Shown here: positions 51,322 to 64,000 of the stretch, one piece after another | Position numbering within the stretch: position 1 is the stretch's first letter | Layout: each line of letters opens with the position of its first letter | DNA from: Dictyostelium discoideum | Lineage: Eukaryota | Reading direction: 5' to 3' | Length of the DNA stretch: 64,000 nt | NCBI GenBank assembly: GCA_000004695.1 | Contig: CM000154.2 | Coordinates: 3,232,001 to 3,296,000, forward strand | Made by a program: the position numbers and the translations under genes | The notes under the pieces: model-generated | What the model was told of the DNA's origin: nothing | What the model saw: the letters and a program-made list of their open reading frames with translations, nothing else | Database searches by the model: none

Positions 51322-51949
51322 AAATAAATAAGGAATAAATTATTTAAAAAAAATAAAAATTCTTATATTTTAATATTTTTTATTTAAATATTTATTGTAC
51401 ACCCATTATTTTTTATCATTTTATTATAGTTTTTAATAATATACAATATCATATATTAAACTATAATTTAATGTTTTAAAAAATGAGAAATTACAATAGT
51501 ATTATTTCCTATTAATTGTTGTATATTATTAAATTATAGTTTTATGTTTTAAAAAATGAGAAATTACAATAGTATATTGTGGTAAATCAATAAATTTTTT
51601 ATAATTTAATGACAAATTAATATTCAATTTTAATTAAATAATTTTAGATTTTATCAATTTTTAATTTATTAAAATATATTTTTATTATGGCCAGATTCTT
51701 TTTTATTATTTTATGATAATGTGTGATTAATTATTAATTAGAAATTGATATTAGTTTGTTAAAAATTTTATTACATTATAATATCGTTTCTTAAAATATG
51801 AGTTTTTGCGGTAGTTTAATTTCTCACAAAATAGTAAAATTTCTTAGGTTTTTTTTCTCTGGTGAATACATAATTAAGGAATTGATTTTTTTTTTTTTTT
51901 TTTTTTTATTGGAATTGTTTAATTTAACCTAATGTTATTTTTCTGAATT

Positions 51950-54211
51950 CTATTTAATTATTTTTACATTTTTTGAAACATAAGGTTCAATTTGATGTTT
52001 AAAACTTGTGGAAACATTTACTTCCTTTACAGTATTAGGAATTGAACCAATTATTAATTCTTGTTTAATATCGCCTAAATTCAACGATTCAACACCATCT
52101 GGTAATATACCTGGTGTTAATTTTTGATTGAATCCATCTTCTAAAGTGACACTCTTTACAGTATTAGGAATTGAACCAATTATTAATTCTTGTTTAATAT
52201 CACCTAAATCCAACGATTCAACACTATCTGGTAGAATACCTGGTGTTAATTTTTGATTAAATCCATCTTCTAAAGAGACATGAGTTACAGTATTAGGAAT
52301 TGAACCAATCATTAATTCTTGTTTAATATCACCTAAATACAACGATTCAACACCTTCTGGTAGAATACCTGGTGTTAATTTTTGATTGAACCTATCTTCT
52401 AACGAGACATTCGTTACAGTATTAGGAATTGAACCAATTATTAATTCTTGTTTAATATCGCCTAAATACAACAATCCAACACTTTCTGGTAATATACGTG
52501 GTGTTAATTTTTGATTGAATCCATCTTTTAAAGAGACACTCGTTACAGTATTAGGAATTGAACCAATTATTAATTCTTGTTTAATATCACCTAAATACAA
52601 CAATCCAACACTTTCTGGTAAAATACCTGGTGTTAATATTTGATTGAATCCATCTTCTAAAGAGACAAGAGTTACAGTATTAGGAATTGAACCAATCATT
52701 AATTCTTGTTTAATATCACCTAAATACAACAATTTAACACTATCTGGTAATATACCTGGTGTTAATTTTTGATTGAATCCATCTTTTAAAGAGACAAGAG
52801 TTACAGTATTAGGAATTGATCCAATAATTAATTCTTGTTTAATATCACCTAAATCCAACAATTTAATACTATCTGGTAATATACCTGGTGTTAATTTTTG
52901 ATTGAATCCATCTTTTAAAGTGACACGAGTTACAGTATTAGGAATTGAACCAATCATTATTTCTTGTTTAATATCACCTAAATACAACCATTCAACACTA
53001 TCTGGTAAAATACCTGGTGTTAATTTTTGATTGAATCTATCCAATAAAGAGATATGAGTTACAGTATTAGGAATTGAACCAATCATTAATTCTTGTTTAA
53101 TATCACCTAAATGCAACAATTTAACACTATCTGGTAATATACATGGTGTTAATTTTTGATTGAATCCATCTTTTAAAGAGACACGAGTTACAGTATTAGG
53201 AATTGAACCAATTATTAATTCTTGTTTAATATCGCCTAAATCCAACAATTTAATACTATCTGGTAATATACCTGGTGTTAATTTTTGATTGAATTCATCT
53301 TTTAAAGATACACGAGTTACAGTATTAGGAATTGAACCAATCATTATTTCTTGATTAATATCACCTAAATACAACCATTCAACACTATCTGGTAATATAC
53401 CTGGTGTTAATTTTTGATTGAATCCATCTTTTAAAGAGACAAGAGTTACAGTATTAGGAATTGAACCAATTATTAATTCTTGTTTAATATCACCTAAATA
53501 CAAGGATTTAACACCATCTGGTAATATACCTGGTGTTAATTTTTGATTGAATCCATCTTTTAAAGAGACATGGATTACAGTATTAGGAATTGAACCAATC
53601 ATTAATTCTTGTTTAATATCACATAAATCCAACAATTTAATACTATCTGGTAATATACCTGGGGTTAATTTTTGATTGAATCTATCCAATAAAGAGATAT
53701 GAGTTACAGTATTAGGAATTGAACCAATTATTAATTCTTGTTTAATATCGCCTAAATCCAACAATTTAATACTATCTGGTAATATACCTGGTGTTAATTT
53801 TTGATTGAATTCATCTTTTAAAGATACATGAGTTACAGTATCAGGAATTGAACCAATTATTAATTCTTGTTTAATATCACCTAAATACAAGGATTTAACA
53901 CAATATGGCAATATACCTGGTGTTAATTTTTGATTGAATCTATCCAATAAAGAGATATGGATTACAGTATTAGGAATTGAACCAATCATTAGTTCTTGTT
54001 TAATATCACCTAAATACAAGGATTTAATACTATCTGGTAATATGCATGGTGTTAATATTTGATTGAATCCATCCAATAAAGAGACATGGATTACAGTATT
54101 AGGAATTGAACCAATTATTAATTCTTGTTTAATATCACCTAAATACAAGGATTCAACGCCATCTGGTAATATACCAGGTGTTAATTTTTGATTGAATCCA
54201 TCCAATAGCAT
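51950..54211. repeat. Tandem array of about 17.5 x 129-bp coding repeats (FNIP double units) with high nucleotide identity between units.
   Basis: The unit ...gaatccatc...ggtgttaatttttgattgaatccatc... recurs every 129 nt over 2.26 kb. Shorter arrays of the same unit occur in F1, F0, F2, F3 and F5. Confidence 0.8.
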
Positions 54212-55220
54212 TACAGTTGATGGTAATTGATTTTTTAATTTTGATAAAATATTACAATTGTTTTTGAATGCTGTACCTTCATTCTCCTTAAATTTAAATG
54301 AATTACCCTCTATATAAACATAAAACTTTAAATTATCCCCTATATTTGGTAATTAGAATGATGTAAACATAATTTATAAAAAAAACTGTATAAAACTTAC
54401 ATTTAAAAAATTTATTATTATTTTCATCGATTTCAATTATAAATCTACAATTATTTAAGAAATAAATTGATTTTAAATTATTTTTAATATCATCAATTAT
54501 TTGATTATGGAAATGAATGATTTGATTATCGTTTTCATTTAATTTATTTGAATTATTGATATTATTATTATTATTTAATACTATTAATGATTGTTGATAT
54601 TGTTTAATAATTTTAATTGTATCTCTATCAATAATAAAATCTTCTCCATTATCATAAATTTGTTGATCATTAAATTTTATAATTTCATTTAATTTTTCAA
54701 TAGTTGTAGTTCTATCATTTTCATTTTCATTATTATTATTAATTATAGTTGAAAGTATTTGATTATCATTATTGATTGAAGAAGTTATAATTGTATTTAT
54801 TAATGTATTATTTTCAAAGGTTGTTTCTAATTGTTTTTTAATATCTAATTCTATGATTGAAATGATATCATGAATTTTTTTAATTTCTTTTTTTAATGAA
54901 TTATTATTAATATCAAATTGTGATTGAATTTCATTGTATTTATCATTTGATTCTTGTAATATTGTTTCATTGATTTCTATTCTTTCAATTACTTTTTGAT
55001 ATATATCATTTTTAAAATTATTCATTAATGAAAGAATATTTGAAGTTGATTCTAAGGGATCAGTTTTATGACCATGATGTTCACCTTTACTTGATGTACA
55101 TTGAATACAACATGGTATTAATTTACAATCTAAACAAAAGAATACTATATCTTTATTTGGGTGAAGTGTACATTTTATATTATTATCAATATTATTTATT
55201 GTATTATGATTTGATACCAT
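51950..55220 (-). CDS. B-box / coiled-coil / FNIP-repeat protein, copy F4, with a greatly expanded FNIP array. Exons are 54401-55220 and 51950-54339. The intron is 61 nt (GTAAGT..ATAG).
   Basis: The same N-terminal architecture as F2 and F3. The FNIP exon is a 753-codon open frame, about 17.5 x 43-aa double repeats (129-bp DNA units). Confidence 0.7.
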
Positions 55221-55620
55221 TTTGTTTGGGGTTAATGTTGATTTAAAAAAAAAAAAAATTTGTTTTCGGAAATTTTTATATGAGACTTAATCCACCACCA
55301 AAAATCAAAAAAAAAAAATAAAAATAAAATCACTTAAAAAATTAAGAAAAAAAAAAACAAAATCATTTTTTTTTTTTATAATATTATTATTAAATAATTA
55401 AATAATTAAATATTTTTATTATTATTGATAATTTTTTGAAAAAAAAGAAAAATATTTTGAGTTAAATAATTAATCATTTTTTTTTATAAAAAAAAAAAGA
55501 TATTGCAACAAGATCTCAAAAATATCTTGTTAATACTAACATTTATTTAATTTCATGAAATGTTCTAAATTTAATTTTCAAAAAAAAAAAAAAAAATTTT
55601 TAATTATAATTTCAATTTCA

Positions 55621-55824
55621 CAATAGATATTAGATACCAGATATTAAAATGTCACACAACTTCAACAACTACAATAACATATTCAATTAGTTAATCAACA
55701 AACACAACAACGTCAACAACAACTAAATAATCACTCAACACCACCATCGTCACCTAATGTTACAACACCAATAACTTCAGCAACAATAACCAACACAATA
55801 GATATCTGGTATCTAATATCTATT
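55621..55824. repeat. MITE-like element or hairpin: about 200 bp bounded by 24-bp perfect inverted repeats.
   Basis: The left end at 55621-55644 is CAATAGATATTAGATACCAGATAT. The right end at 55801-55824 is ATATCTGGTATCTAATATCTATTG, its exact reverse complement. The interior is about 155 bp, A/C-rich and non-coding. Confidence 0.45.
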
Positions 55825-55939
55825 GTATGAAATTATTGTAAAATATTTGATGTTATTTCTTCATTTTATCTTGTTTTGCCATATGATTAGTGGGTTGGTT
55901 GTACCTGTTAATGGTAGTTTCTTGAATAGGAAATTCTTC

Positions 55940-57311
55940 TCATTCTCTGGTAGTGATAGCATTTTCTGGTAAAATATCTGGTGTTAATTTTTGATTGAAT
56001 CCTTCTAATAAAAAGATATTCGTTACAGTATTAGGTATTGAACCAATTATTAATTCTTGTTTGATATCACCTAAATCCAATGATCCAACACTATCTGGTA
56101 ATATACCTGGTGTTAATTTTTGATTAAATCCATCTTCTAAAGTGACATTCATTACAGTATTAGGAATTGAACCAATTATTAATTCTTTTTTAATATCACC
56201 TAAATACAACCATTCAACACCATCTGGTAATATACCTGGTGTTAATTTTTGATTGAATCATCTTTTAAAGAGACAAGAGTTGCACTATCAGGAATTGAAC
56301 CAATCATTAATTCTTGTTTAATATCATACAAATGCAAACATTTAACACTATTTGGTAATATACCTGGTGTTAATTTTTGATTGAATCCATCCAATAAATC
56401 GACATTCGTTACAGTATTAGGAATTGAACCAATCTCTTATTCTTGTTTAATGTCACCTAAATACAATGAACCAAGACGATTTGGTAATATACCTGGTGTT
56501 AATTTTTGATTGAATCCATCTAGTAAAGAGATACTCGTTACAGTATTAGGAATTGAACCAATTATTAGTTCTTGTTTAATATCACCTAAATACAAAGATT
56601 TAACACCAACTGGTAAAATGCCTGGTGTTAATATTTGATTGAATCCATCCAATAGCATTACACGTGATGGTAATTGATTTTTTAATTTTGATAAAATATT
56701 ACAATTGTTTTTGAATGCTATATCTTCATTCGTCTTAAATTTAAATGAATCACCCTCTATATAAACATGAAACTTTGAATTATCCCCTATATTTGATAAT
56801 TAGAATGATGTGAACATAATTTATAAAAAACTGACTAAAGCTTACATTCAAAAAATTTATTATTATTTTCATCGATTTCAATTTTAAATCTACAATTATC
56901 TAAGGTATAAATTGATTTTAAATTATTTTTAATATCATCAATTATTTCATTATGGAAATGAATGATTTGATTATCGTATTCATTTAATTTATTTGAATTA
57001 TTGATATTATTATTATTATTTAATACTATTAATGATTGTTGATATTGTTTAATAATTTTAATGGTATCTCTATCAATAATAAAATCTTCTCCATCATTTT
57101 CATTTTCATTTTTACTACTACTATTGCCAACATTATTTTGCGATGCATCATTGGTGGCATTAGTAGTTGTAGTTGTAGTGGTAGTTGAATCGATGTTTTT
57201 AAGTTTGGAACTGATATCAGAATGTTCATCAATGGATGGATGTATAAATGATTGAATTTGAAAAAGATTATCTGCTATTGGTCTTTCTTCAAGTTGTGAT
57301 TTATCAATATA

Positions 57312-57368
<57 letters not shown>

Positions 57369-57841
57369 GTTGAAAGTATTTGATTATCATTATTGATTGA
57401 AGAAGTTATAATTGTATTTATTAATGTATTATTTTCAAAGGTTGTTTCTAATTGTTTTTGAATATCTAATTCTACGATTGAAATGATATCATGAATTTTT
57501 TTAATTTCTTTTTTTAATGAATTATTATTAATATCAAATTGTGATTGAATTTCATTGTATTTATCATTTGATTGTTTTAATATTGTTTCATTGATTTCTA
57601 TTCTTTTAATTACTTTTTGATGTACATCATCTTTAAAATTATTCATTAATGAAAGAATATTTGAAGTTGATTCTAATGGATCAGTTTTATGATCATGATG
57701 TTCACCTTTACTTGATGTACATTGAATACAACATGGTATTAATTTACAATCTAAACAAAAGAATACTATATCTTTGTTTGGGTGAAGTGTACACTTTTTA
57801 TTACTATCAATATTATTTATTTTGTTATGATTGGGTGCCAT
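55940..57841 (-). pseudogene. B-box / coiled-coil / FNIP-repeat copy F5, disrupted. The B-box exon is intact to about residue 150. Then come an (ATT)23 tract in the poly-Ile frame and a roughly 200-bp replaced segment. The FNIP exon has multiple frameshifts.
   Basis: ORF 57275-57841 reads [24 protein letters not shown]...[37 protein letters not shown]. Segment 57095-57300 is unrelated to the paralogs. The FNIP region 55940-56760 is split into 89-aa and 73-aa ORFs by 1-nt indels, for example gaatcatc versus gaatccatc at about 56260. Confidence 0.55.
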
Positions 57842-58072
57842 TGTGTTTGGAATTAATGTCGATATTAAAAAAAAAAAAAATTAAAATTTTGTAAAAAAAA
57901 AAAAAATTAAAAAAAACACTTAAAAAATTAAGAAAAAAAACAAAATCTTGCATGGGCTATATTAATTTTTTTAATCAATCCACCAGTTTTTATTGTTCTG
58001 ATATAAAATAAAAAGGATTAAAAATATTTCTTTTTTTTTATTTATTTCCTATATACCATTTTTTATTCTTTT

Positions 58073-58203
58073 TTATTTTTTTGAAACTACCATACAACCA
58101 GTTTTAATATCATCAACCACTCTTTCTAATTTAAAATCAGCCAATTCAAATAATTCTTTCCATTCATCGAGAGTTCTTTCTTTTGCATTTACCATCTATT
58201 TGG

Positions 58204-58241
<38 letters not shown>

Positions 58242-59248
58242 TTACTTGTATATGTAAATAAATTTAAAAAAAAAAAAAAAAAAAATTTAATAATTACTTG
58301 AAACATTAAAATATCAATATAAGTTTCATATTTTGAATAACCTTTTCTTGGATCAATGATAATTTCAAATAAATGAATTTTTGCATTTGGTTTCATTGAT
58401 TTTGAAATTGTTTTTAAAATTTTAACACAATCTTGAGTTGGCCAATCATGAAGGATAAATTTCATGATATAACAATCTGATTCTGGTACACTTTCAAAGA
58501 AATTACCTGGAATATGAGTTAATCTTGGATGAGAATATCTTAAAGTCTGATCAGAGGAATTGATAACAACATCTAAATCGAAATTGATACCATGTTTAAT
58601 TGTTGGATAAATTTCCAATAGGTTACCAATTAACAATCCATGATTGCCACCAATATCAACCACTGTATCATATTGAGAGAAATCTATACCTTTTGATTGG
58701 GTGATATTGGATATGGCGGCTTCAGTGTAAACCTTCATAGTTTGATTGAACAAATCCTTATATTGTGGATGTAAATCGAATAATTCCCAAAAATGGTTGA
58801 CACCAACTGATTTTGTGGCATTACTATGACCATTTGCAAAAGTCTCTGGTAATGATTCAAACATTTTATAATGTAAATCATGGGTGTATCTTTCACCCAT
58901 TGGTCTAAGTTTACCCTTACTTGAAAACATTGTACTAATAGAAGTCTTTTCAAATGTACCAATATTTGATTTATCTTCGCTAAATAATTCATGAGCAACA
59001 AAATATCTCAATAATCTAAAACATGAATTTTCATCCATTCCAATCGTATCTGAAACTTGTTTAATTGATTTTGGTCCATCCTCTAAAATATCACAAATAT
59101 TCAATTTCATTACAATATTAAACATACGAGAATGAATATGTCCTGAAACACATGTCATAATTAAATTCATTGCTTTATCCCAATCTGTTGTAATTTCATT
59201 ATTCATATTTGTTATTGGTAATTGTGGGGTACTTAATCCTGAATCCAT
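58073..59248 (-). CDS. Class I SAM-dependent O-methyltransferase (plant COMT-like). Two exons: 58298-59248 and 58073-58195. The intron is about 102 nt (GTAATT..ATAG).
   Basis: The dimerisation-domain N-terminus reads ...AMNLIMTCVSGHIHSRMFNIVMKLNICDIL. The SAM motif is VVDIGGNHG. Further motifs are HIPGNFFESVPESDCYIMKFILHDW and the C-terminal exon MVNAKERTLDEWKELFELADFKLERVV. The track ORF reads through the intron (VIIKFFFFFF). Confidence 0.75.
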
Positions 59249-60115
59249 TTTTTTTTTTTTTTTTTTTTAATAATATAAATTTAAAAGTACAATGAAAAAT
59301 AATAATAATAATAATATTAATAACAATAATTACAAACTTAAAAAAATAAAAAAACAAATGATTTTAAAAACTGATTTAAAATAAAAAAAAAAAAAAAACA
59401 AAAAAAAAAGAAAAAAGGAAAATTGCGTTAGGCGCAATCATAAATCATGTTTTTTTTAATTTTTAACCTTTTTTTTTTTATTTTTTTTTTTTCAAATGTC
59501 GTTATTTTTCTGGAATATTTTTTTCATTTTTTTTATTATTTGAAAATTTATTTTCAAATCTAGATTATGTTATTTTTTTATTTCTGGTAAAAAAGATATT
59601 TTTTTATTTTAATTTGTTGATAAAAAAAAAAAAAATTTGGGAAAAAAAAATAATAACTTGAATTTAGTATGAACAAATAGAAGACCCAAAATACACAAAA
59701 GATTAAAAAAAATGAATAAAACCATTTTTTTTTTTTTTTTTTGTTTTACCTTAAATTTTATTGAATGAAATATTATTTAAATCCTAATAATTATAATTAA
59801 TAAAAAACATTGAAAAATGATCAAAATTAAAATTTGAGAAAAAAAAAAAAAAAAAAAAAAAAAATTAGGATTAAAAAAATAAAATAAAAAAAAACAAAAA
59901 AGGAAATTTTATATTTTTTAATTACCAATGGGTATTGTACCCCCATATTTTTTTTTTTTATTTATTTATTTTTTTTTATTAATTTCTTTTTTTATATATT
60001 ATTTTTTTTTTTTTTGTTTTTTTTTTTTTTAACACAATCAAAATAAATAAAAAAAAATAAATAAATAAAAAATAAATAAAAAATAAATTAAAATAAAATT
60101 TAAAAAAACAATAAA

Positions 60116-60651
60116 ATGGAAACTCAAACTAGTTTTATTAATGATGGACCTAAAATTCATTCAAATAAATTAAATCAACTTGATTTTTTAAGGTAAAAAT
60201 TAATTAAAAATAAAAAATTTATTAATTATTAATTATTAACCAATTATAAAATTAATAATTATTAATTTACAATGAAAGTGGGAATAATAATAATAATAGA
60301 GATAATTATTATAATAATAAAAATGACAAAAATAGTATTACCCATTTTAATAATTATAATTATAGTGGACATTCTTCATACGATAATGAATCAGCAAGAT
60401 TAATACCAATTAGTGGAAATTTTAAAAATGAAAGTATAAACAAACAAAGAAGAAAAGTAGTAATAGCAAGAATTTTCATACTTTTATGTTTATTAATTTG
60501 TCTAGGTTTGGCATTAATGGGATTATTCCATTATTTAATTACAAATGATAAAAGATTGGATTCAATATCAATTTTATTTTGGAGTGGTAGTGCATTTTTA
60601 ATTATAGTTTTAATAATTTGTTTATTAGCAAGACATTGTGGAAGTGATTAA
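60116..60651 (+). CDS. Small hypothetical membrane protein of about 149 aa. Two exons: 60116-60192 and 60279-60651. The intron is GTAAAA..GAAAG.
   Basis: Exon 1 reads METQTSFINDGPKIHSNKLNQLDFL. Exon 2 (phase 2) reads SGNNNNNRDNYYNN...KQRRKVVIARIFILLCLLICLGLALMGLFHYLITNDKRLDSISILFWSGSAFLIIVLIICLLARHCGSD*. It has two hydrophobic helices. The exon-2 frame is open for 124 codons but the track does not list it, because there is no upstream Met. Confidence 0.4.
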
Positions 60652-60661
60652 GAATTATTAC

Positions 60662-60710
<49 letters not shown>

Positions 60711-60858
60711 CCATATCATTAGTTCTAAAAATTATTAAATAAATAAAAAAATAAATAAATAAAAAAAAAATATATTATTTTTTTTTAAAAAAAAAAATAA
60801 AAACTTTATTTCTTTTTTCTTTTTTTTTATTTATATATATATATTAATTAAATTATTT

Positions 60859-61559
60859 TTAACAACTACAAACACCTTGATTATGATCAGGTTCATCTTC
60901 AACTTTAACACTACCAGTATTTCTTTGTTTTGGTTGTGATGAAGATGTATTTTGAGGGATTTCTATAATTTTTTGAGCCAATTCTTCAAATGCTTGTTGA
61001 ATACCAATCTTTGATTTTGCACTACATTCAATGAAAAGCATTGCTTTTTTCTTTGCAAATTCTGCACCCTCTTCTCTGGTGACTTCTCTATTCTCTTTAT
61101 CTATTTTATTACCCACTAAAAGTTTAACTAAATTACTACGATTTGCAAAATTTTCAACTTCATTCAACCAATAATTTAAATTATCAAATGATTCTCTTTT
61201 TGTAACGTCATATGCTAAATTTATATTTTATTATTTATTTTTATAAAAATCTATATTAATAATCAATATTTCACTATAATATATAGAGGGACAGTGAGAA
61301 ACATACTTAATATAATACCATGTGCACCTCTATAATATGATGAAATAAGTGCTCTAAATTTCTCTTGTCCTGCAGTATCCCAGATACATAAATCTACTTT
61401 TTTACCATCGACTTTAACTTCTTTCATTTTAAATTCTACACCAATTGTACATAATAAATCTTCGTCAAATGTATCATCTGAAAATCTTTTTACAATTGAT
61501 GTTTTACCAACATCACTATCACCAATTAATAGTACTTTATATTGTTTATCTTCTTCCAT
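60859..61559 (-). CDS. rab18: Rab18-like small GTPase, 203 aa. Two exons: 61307-61559 and 60859-61214. The intron is 92 nt (GTATGT..TTTAG), phase 1.
   Basis: G1 is [12 protein letters not shown]. The switch I/effector is TIGVEF. G3 is WDTAGQE. G4 is GNKID. The stretch [57 protein letters not shown] closely matches Rab18 ([52 protein letters not shown]). The C-terminal prenylation motif is CSC. Confidence 0.7.
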
Positions 61560-62230
61560 TTTATTTATATTTATATTTATATATTTATATGTATCTCTTT
61601 CTATTTATTTAATTATTAATTTATAATTTAAATATTTTATATTTTATTTGTGTATATTTTCTATTTATATTTTTGTATTTGTTTTTATATTGTGTTTTGT
61701 ATTAATATATTATTTGTTGTCGATTTTCTTTTTTATTTGTTAGTTTTAAAATTAAAAAAAAAATAATAAAATATTCGCTTTTTTGTGTGTCAAAATAAAA
61801 AAATAAAAAAAAAAAAAAAAAAAAAAGAAAATTTTAAAATTAAATTTTTAAAAATTTAATTTTTTATTTTTTTTTTTTTTAATTTTTTAATTAATTTTTT
61901 TTTAAAATGCTTACATGGTGTGTATTTATTTTTATAAAGTCCTAAAATAAAAAAAAAAAATAAAAAAATAAAAAAAAAAAAAGATATTTTTATCAATTTA
62001 TTAATAATATTATTTCTTTTTTTATTTTATTATTATTTTTTTTATTTTTTATTTCTTTTTTTTTTTTTATAAATAAAATTTATTAAAATAAAACTATGGA
62101 ATTAGTTCCAAAAATATATATTTATTTCTTAAACAACCAGATCGCGCCCAGTGGAAAAATATCCAATTTAAATTATTTTTTATTTTTTTTTTTATTTTTT
62201 TTTAAAAATCCCGTTTTTTTCACCAAGAGC

Positions 62231-62268
<38 letters not shown>

Positions 62269-62569
62269 CATTAACAAAATACCACCTTTTCAATTCTTTT
62301 TTTTTTTATTTTTATTTTTTATTTTCTTTAGTTCACTCAATGTTGTAAACACAATTATATACAGCATAAAATCTATCAATATTTATTTATTTATTTTTTT
62401 GTGTTTTTTTTTTTTTTTAACACACAAATCAAAATAAATTTTTTTATTTTTTTTATTTTTTTTTTTTTTTACTAATTTATTAGAAAATATAAATATTCAT
62501 TAAAAAAAACTAAATAATCATTTCAGTAATAATAATAATTAAAATAAATATATCATATGAAAATAAAAT

Positions 62570-62596
<27 letters not shown>

Positions 62597-62600
<4 letters not shown>

Positions 62601-63025
62601 ATTTATTAAGTTATATCCATTTTATAATATTTTCAGCAATATTTGCATTATTTATAATGTATTTATTATTTTTATCATCAATTACATTTGGATTTGTAGT
62701 TAGTAAATTATTATCAACCTTTGTAATGCCAAAAGAGACATTTATTCGAATCAATGCATTTCAAATTTCATTTCTATCTGGTAAGATAGTTTTCAAAGGT
62801 TTAAAAATGGCAACGAAAAACACATGTATCAGAGTTGTAGAAGGTTCAATTACATTCAGATATTGGTTACGTAAAACTAGACAATCACAATTTGTACATG
62901 ATCAATCACCAAGTAGAATAGGTATAGAATTATCTGGTATGGAATACCTAGTATATAACAATAGTTACAAATATGATACAATTCAAGAAATTTTAAAAAA
63001 GAAAGAACAACAACAACAATCTAAA

Positions 63026-63062
<37 letters not shown>

Positions 63063-64000
63063 CAAATATAAATTTAAATGATATTTTAAATGACCCAAAT
63101 AAAACATCTGCAAATGATTTAAATAATATAATAAATAATGAATTAAATTCTAAAAATAGCGATAATAATAATAATAATAATGAGATAAAAGATGGAAATG
63201 GTGGTGGTGGTAGTGGTGGTGGTGAAAGTTCATCATCATCATCCACAATAATTGAAGGTGCAGATGAAAAACAAGATGAATTACCACCATTACCAGCAGT
63301 AAAAGATTTTGTATTACCAATTTTTTATAGAATGTTTTCAGCGATTTCATTTACAATTAGAAAAGGTTGTGTAATGTTATCAAATCCAGAGTTACCAACG
63401 ATTCTTGTAGTTTTATTCGATAAATCAACAGGACTTTATACAACAGATTCGGCAAATGTTATAGATTTCGATTACTATAGACAAGTTGCAAATATGGATT
63501 TAATTAATATGAAAATGAATTTAATTCCAAATAAAGATTATAATGGTAATGAAGAATTATATGTTGATAGACCACAAAAAGAAGAGTTTGTATTATAAAT
63601 ATATATATATATATATAATAAATTATTCAATATTAATATTAATTTTTTTTTTTTATTTAGTTTTGTATCATATGCATTTGAAAGTTTTAAATCAGTTTAT
63701 AAAGATATTAAATTTACATTTATGAATACAGATGAAAATTTTGAAACTAGTGATTTACCAAGAAGGAAATTAGAAGAGGAACAAAGTAAAAAGAGAGAAG
63801 CAAGTTATGATTATGGTAAGAGTACAACTGACGATATGATAAAATGTCCATCGGTTCATTTAAGTTATTATTGTGATGTACCAGGACCAGTTCAAGCTGG
63901 ACAAGATCATCAAATATTTAAAGAATTCTCAGCACCACAATGGGGGGCAGAAATTAATTTCAATTCAGGTACGATAGTTTATGGTCCATGGTCAGATAGA
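62597..64000 (+). CDS. N-terminus of a Csf1/BLTP1 (Tweek/KIAA1109-type) bridge-like lipid-transfer protein. It continues past the window end. Exon 1 is 62597-63585, an intron spans 63586-63660 with a GTTTGT donor, and exon 2 runs 63661->64000.
   Basis: The N-terminal TM helix is MDLLSYIHFIIFSAIFALFIMYLLF. The stretch ISFLSGKIVFKGLKM...CIRVVEGSITFRYWLRK...GIELSGMEYLVYNNS matches the yeast Csf1 N-terminus from memory (ISFLGGRIHFKNLSI...ISVLEGSLTWKYWLL...GLEIFIYNRT). A low-complexity loop follows. Exon 2 is open to the window end: FVSYAFESFKSVYKDIKFTFMNTDENFE...GTIVYGPWSDR. Confidence 0.55.

Noticed and set aside
51950-54211. The regularly spaced 129-bp repeats resemble a CRISPR-like array on a dot-plot
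   Set aside because: This is a eukaryotic genome. The repeats are contiguous, not spaced, and form one long open reading frame encoding FNIP units.

Overview
This window is AT-rich (~75-80% A+T) eukaryotic nuclear DNA, and everything in it points to Dictyostelium discoideum. The genes have short GTAAGT/GTATGT..AG introns of 60-140 nt. The proteins carry poly-Asn/Gln/Thr tracts, and there are FNIP repeats. A TRE3-type tRNA-targeted non-LTR retrotransposon is present. The tRNA genes are followed by external B-boxes and oligo(T) terminators.

The ORF track appears to accept TTG/GTG starts. Several real genes run in frames that the track does not list, because they lack an upstream Met or leave the window.

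Genes I can support, in order:
- a Q/N-rich coiled-coil gene (minus strand, runs off the left edge)
- a 1220-aa Diaphanous-type formin (minus strand, 2 exons)
- tRNA-Glu(TTC)
- a K/E/N-rich BUD22/SRFBP1-like protein
- a 3-exon SLC43-like MFS transporter
- a 3-exon possible BRO1-like protein
- a low-complexity acidic protein
- a signal-peptide/TM glycoprotein-like gene
- a 4-exon TKL-type protein kinase
- tRNA-Met(CAT) with a 5' pseudo-copy
- a full-length TRE3-like retrotransposon (ORF1 and ORF2 overlap by ATGA; APE-RT-Cys/His) with 13-bp target-site duplications
- a flavin monooxygenase
- a TPR/Sel1 protein
- a myotubularin-family phosphatase (VHCISGWDRT)
- a plant-type O-methyltransferase
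- a small 2-TM protein
- a Rab18 orthologue
- the N-terminus of a Csf1/BLTP1 (Tweek) lipid-transfer protein

The most striking structure is a family of at least 8 paralogous genes and pseudogenes that encode an N-terminal B-box zinc finger, a coiled-coil and FNIP/LRR-like repeats. This is a TRIM-like architecture without the RING finger. The FNIP array varies from 3 to about 17.5 double repeats across copies. One copy sits on the plus strand (2.2-4.5 kb), one truncated copy is at 26-27 kb, and five lie in a minus-strand tandem array at 43-58 kb. That array is interleaved with segmentally duplicated 5' fragments of the neighbouring myotubularin-like gene, with chimeric junctions, with a 100-N assembly gap, and with nested inverted-repeat (MITE-like) sequences. 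All coordinates are +/- 1-2 nt.
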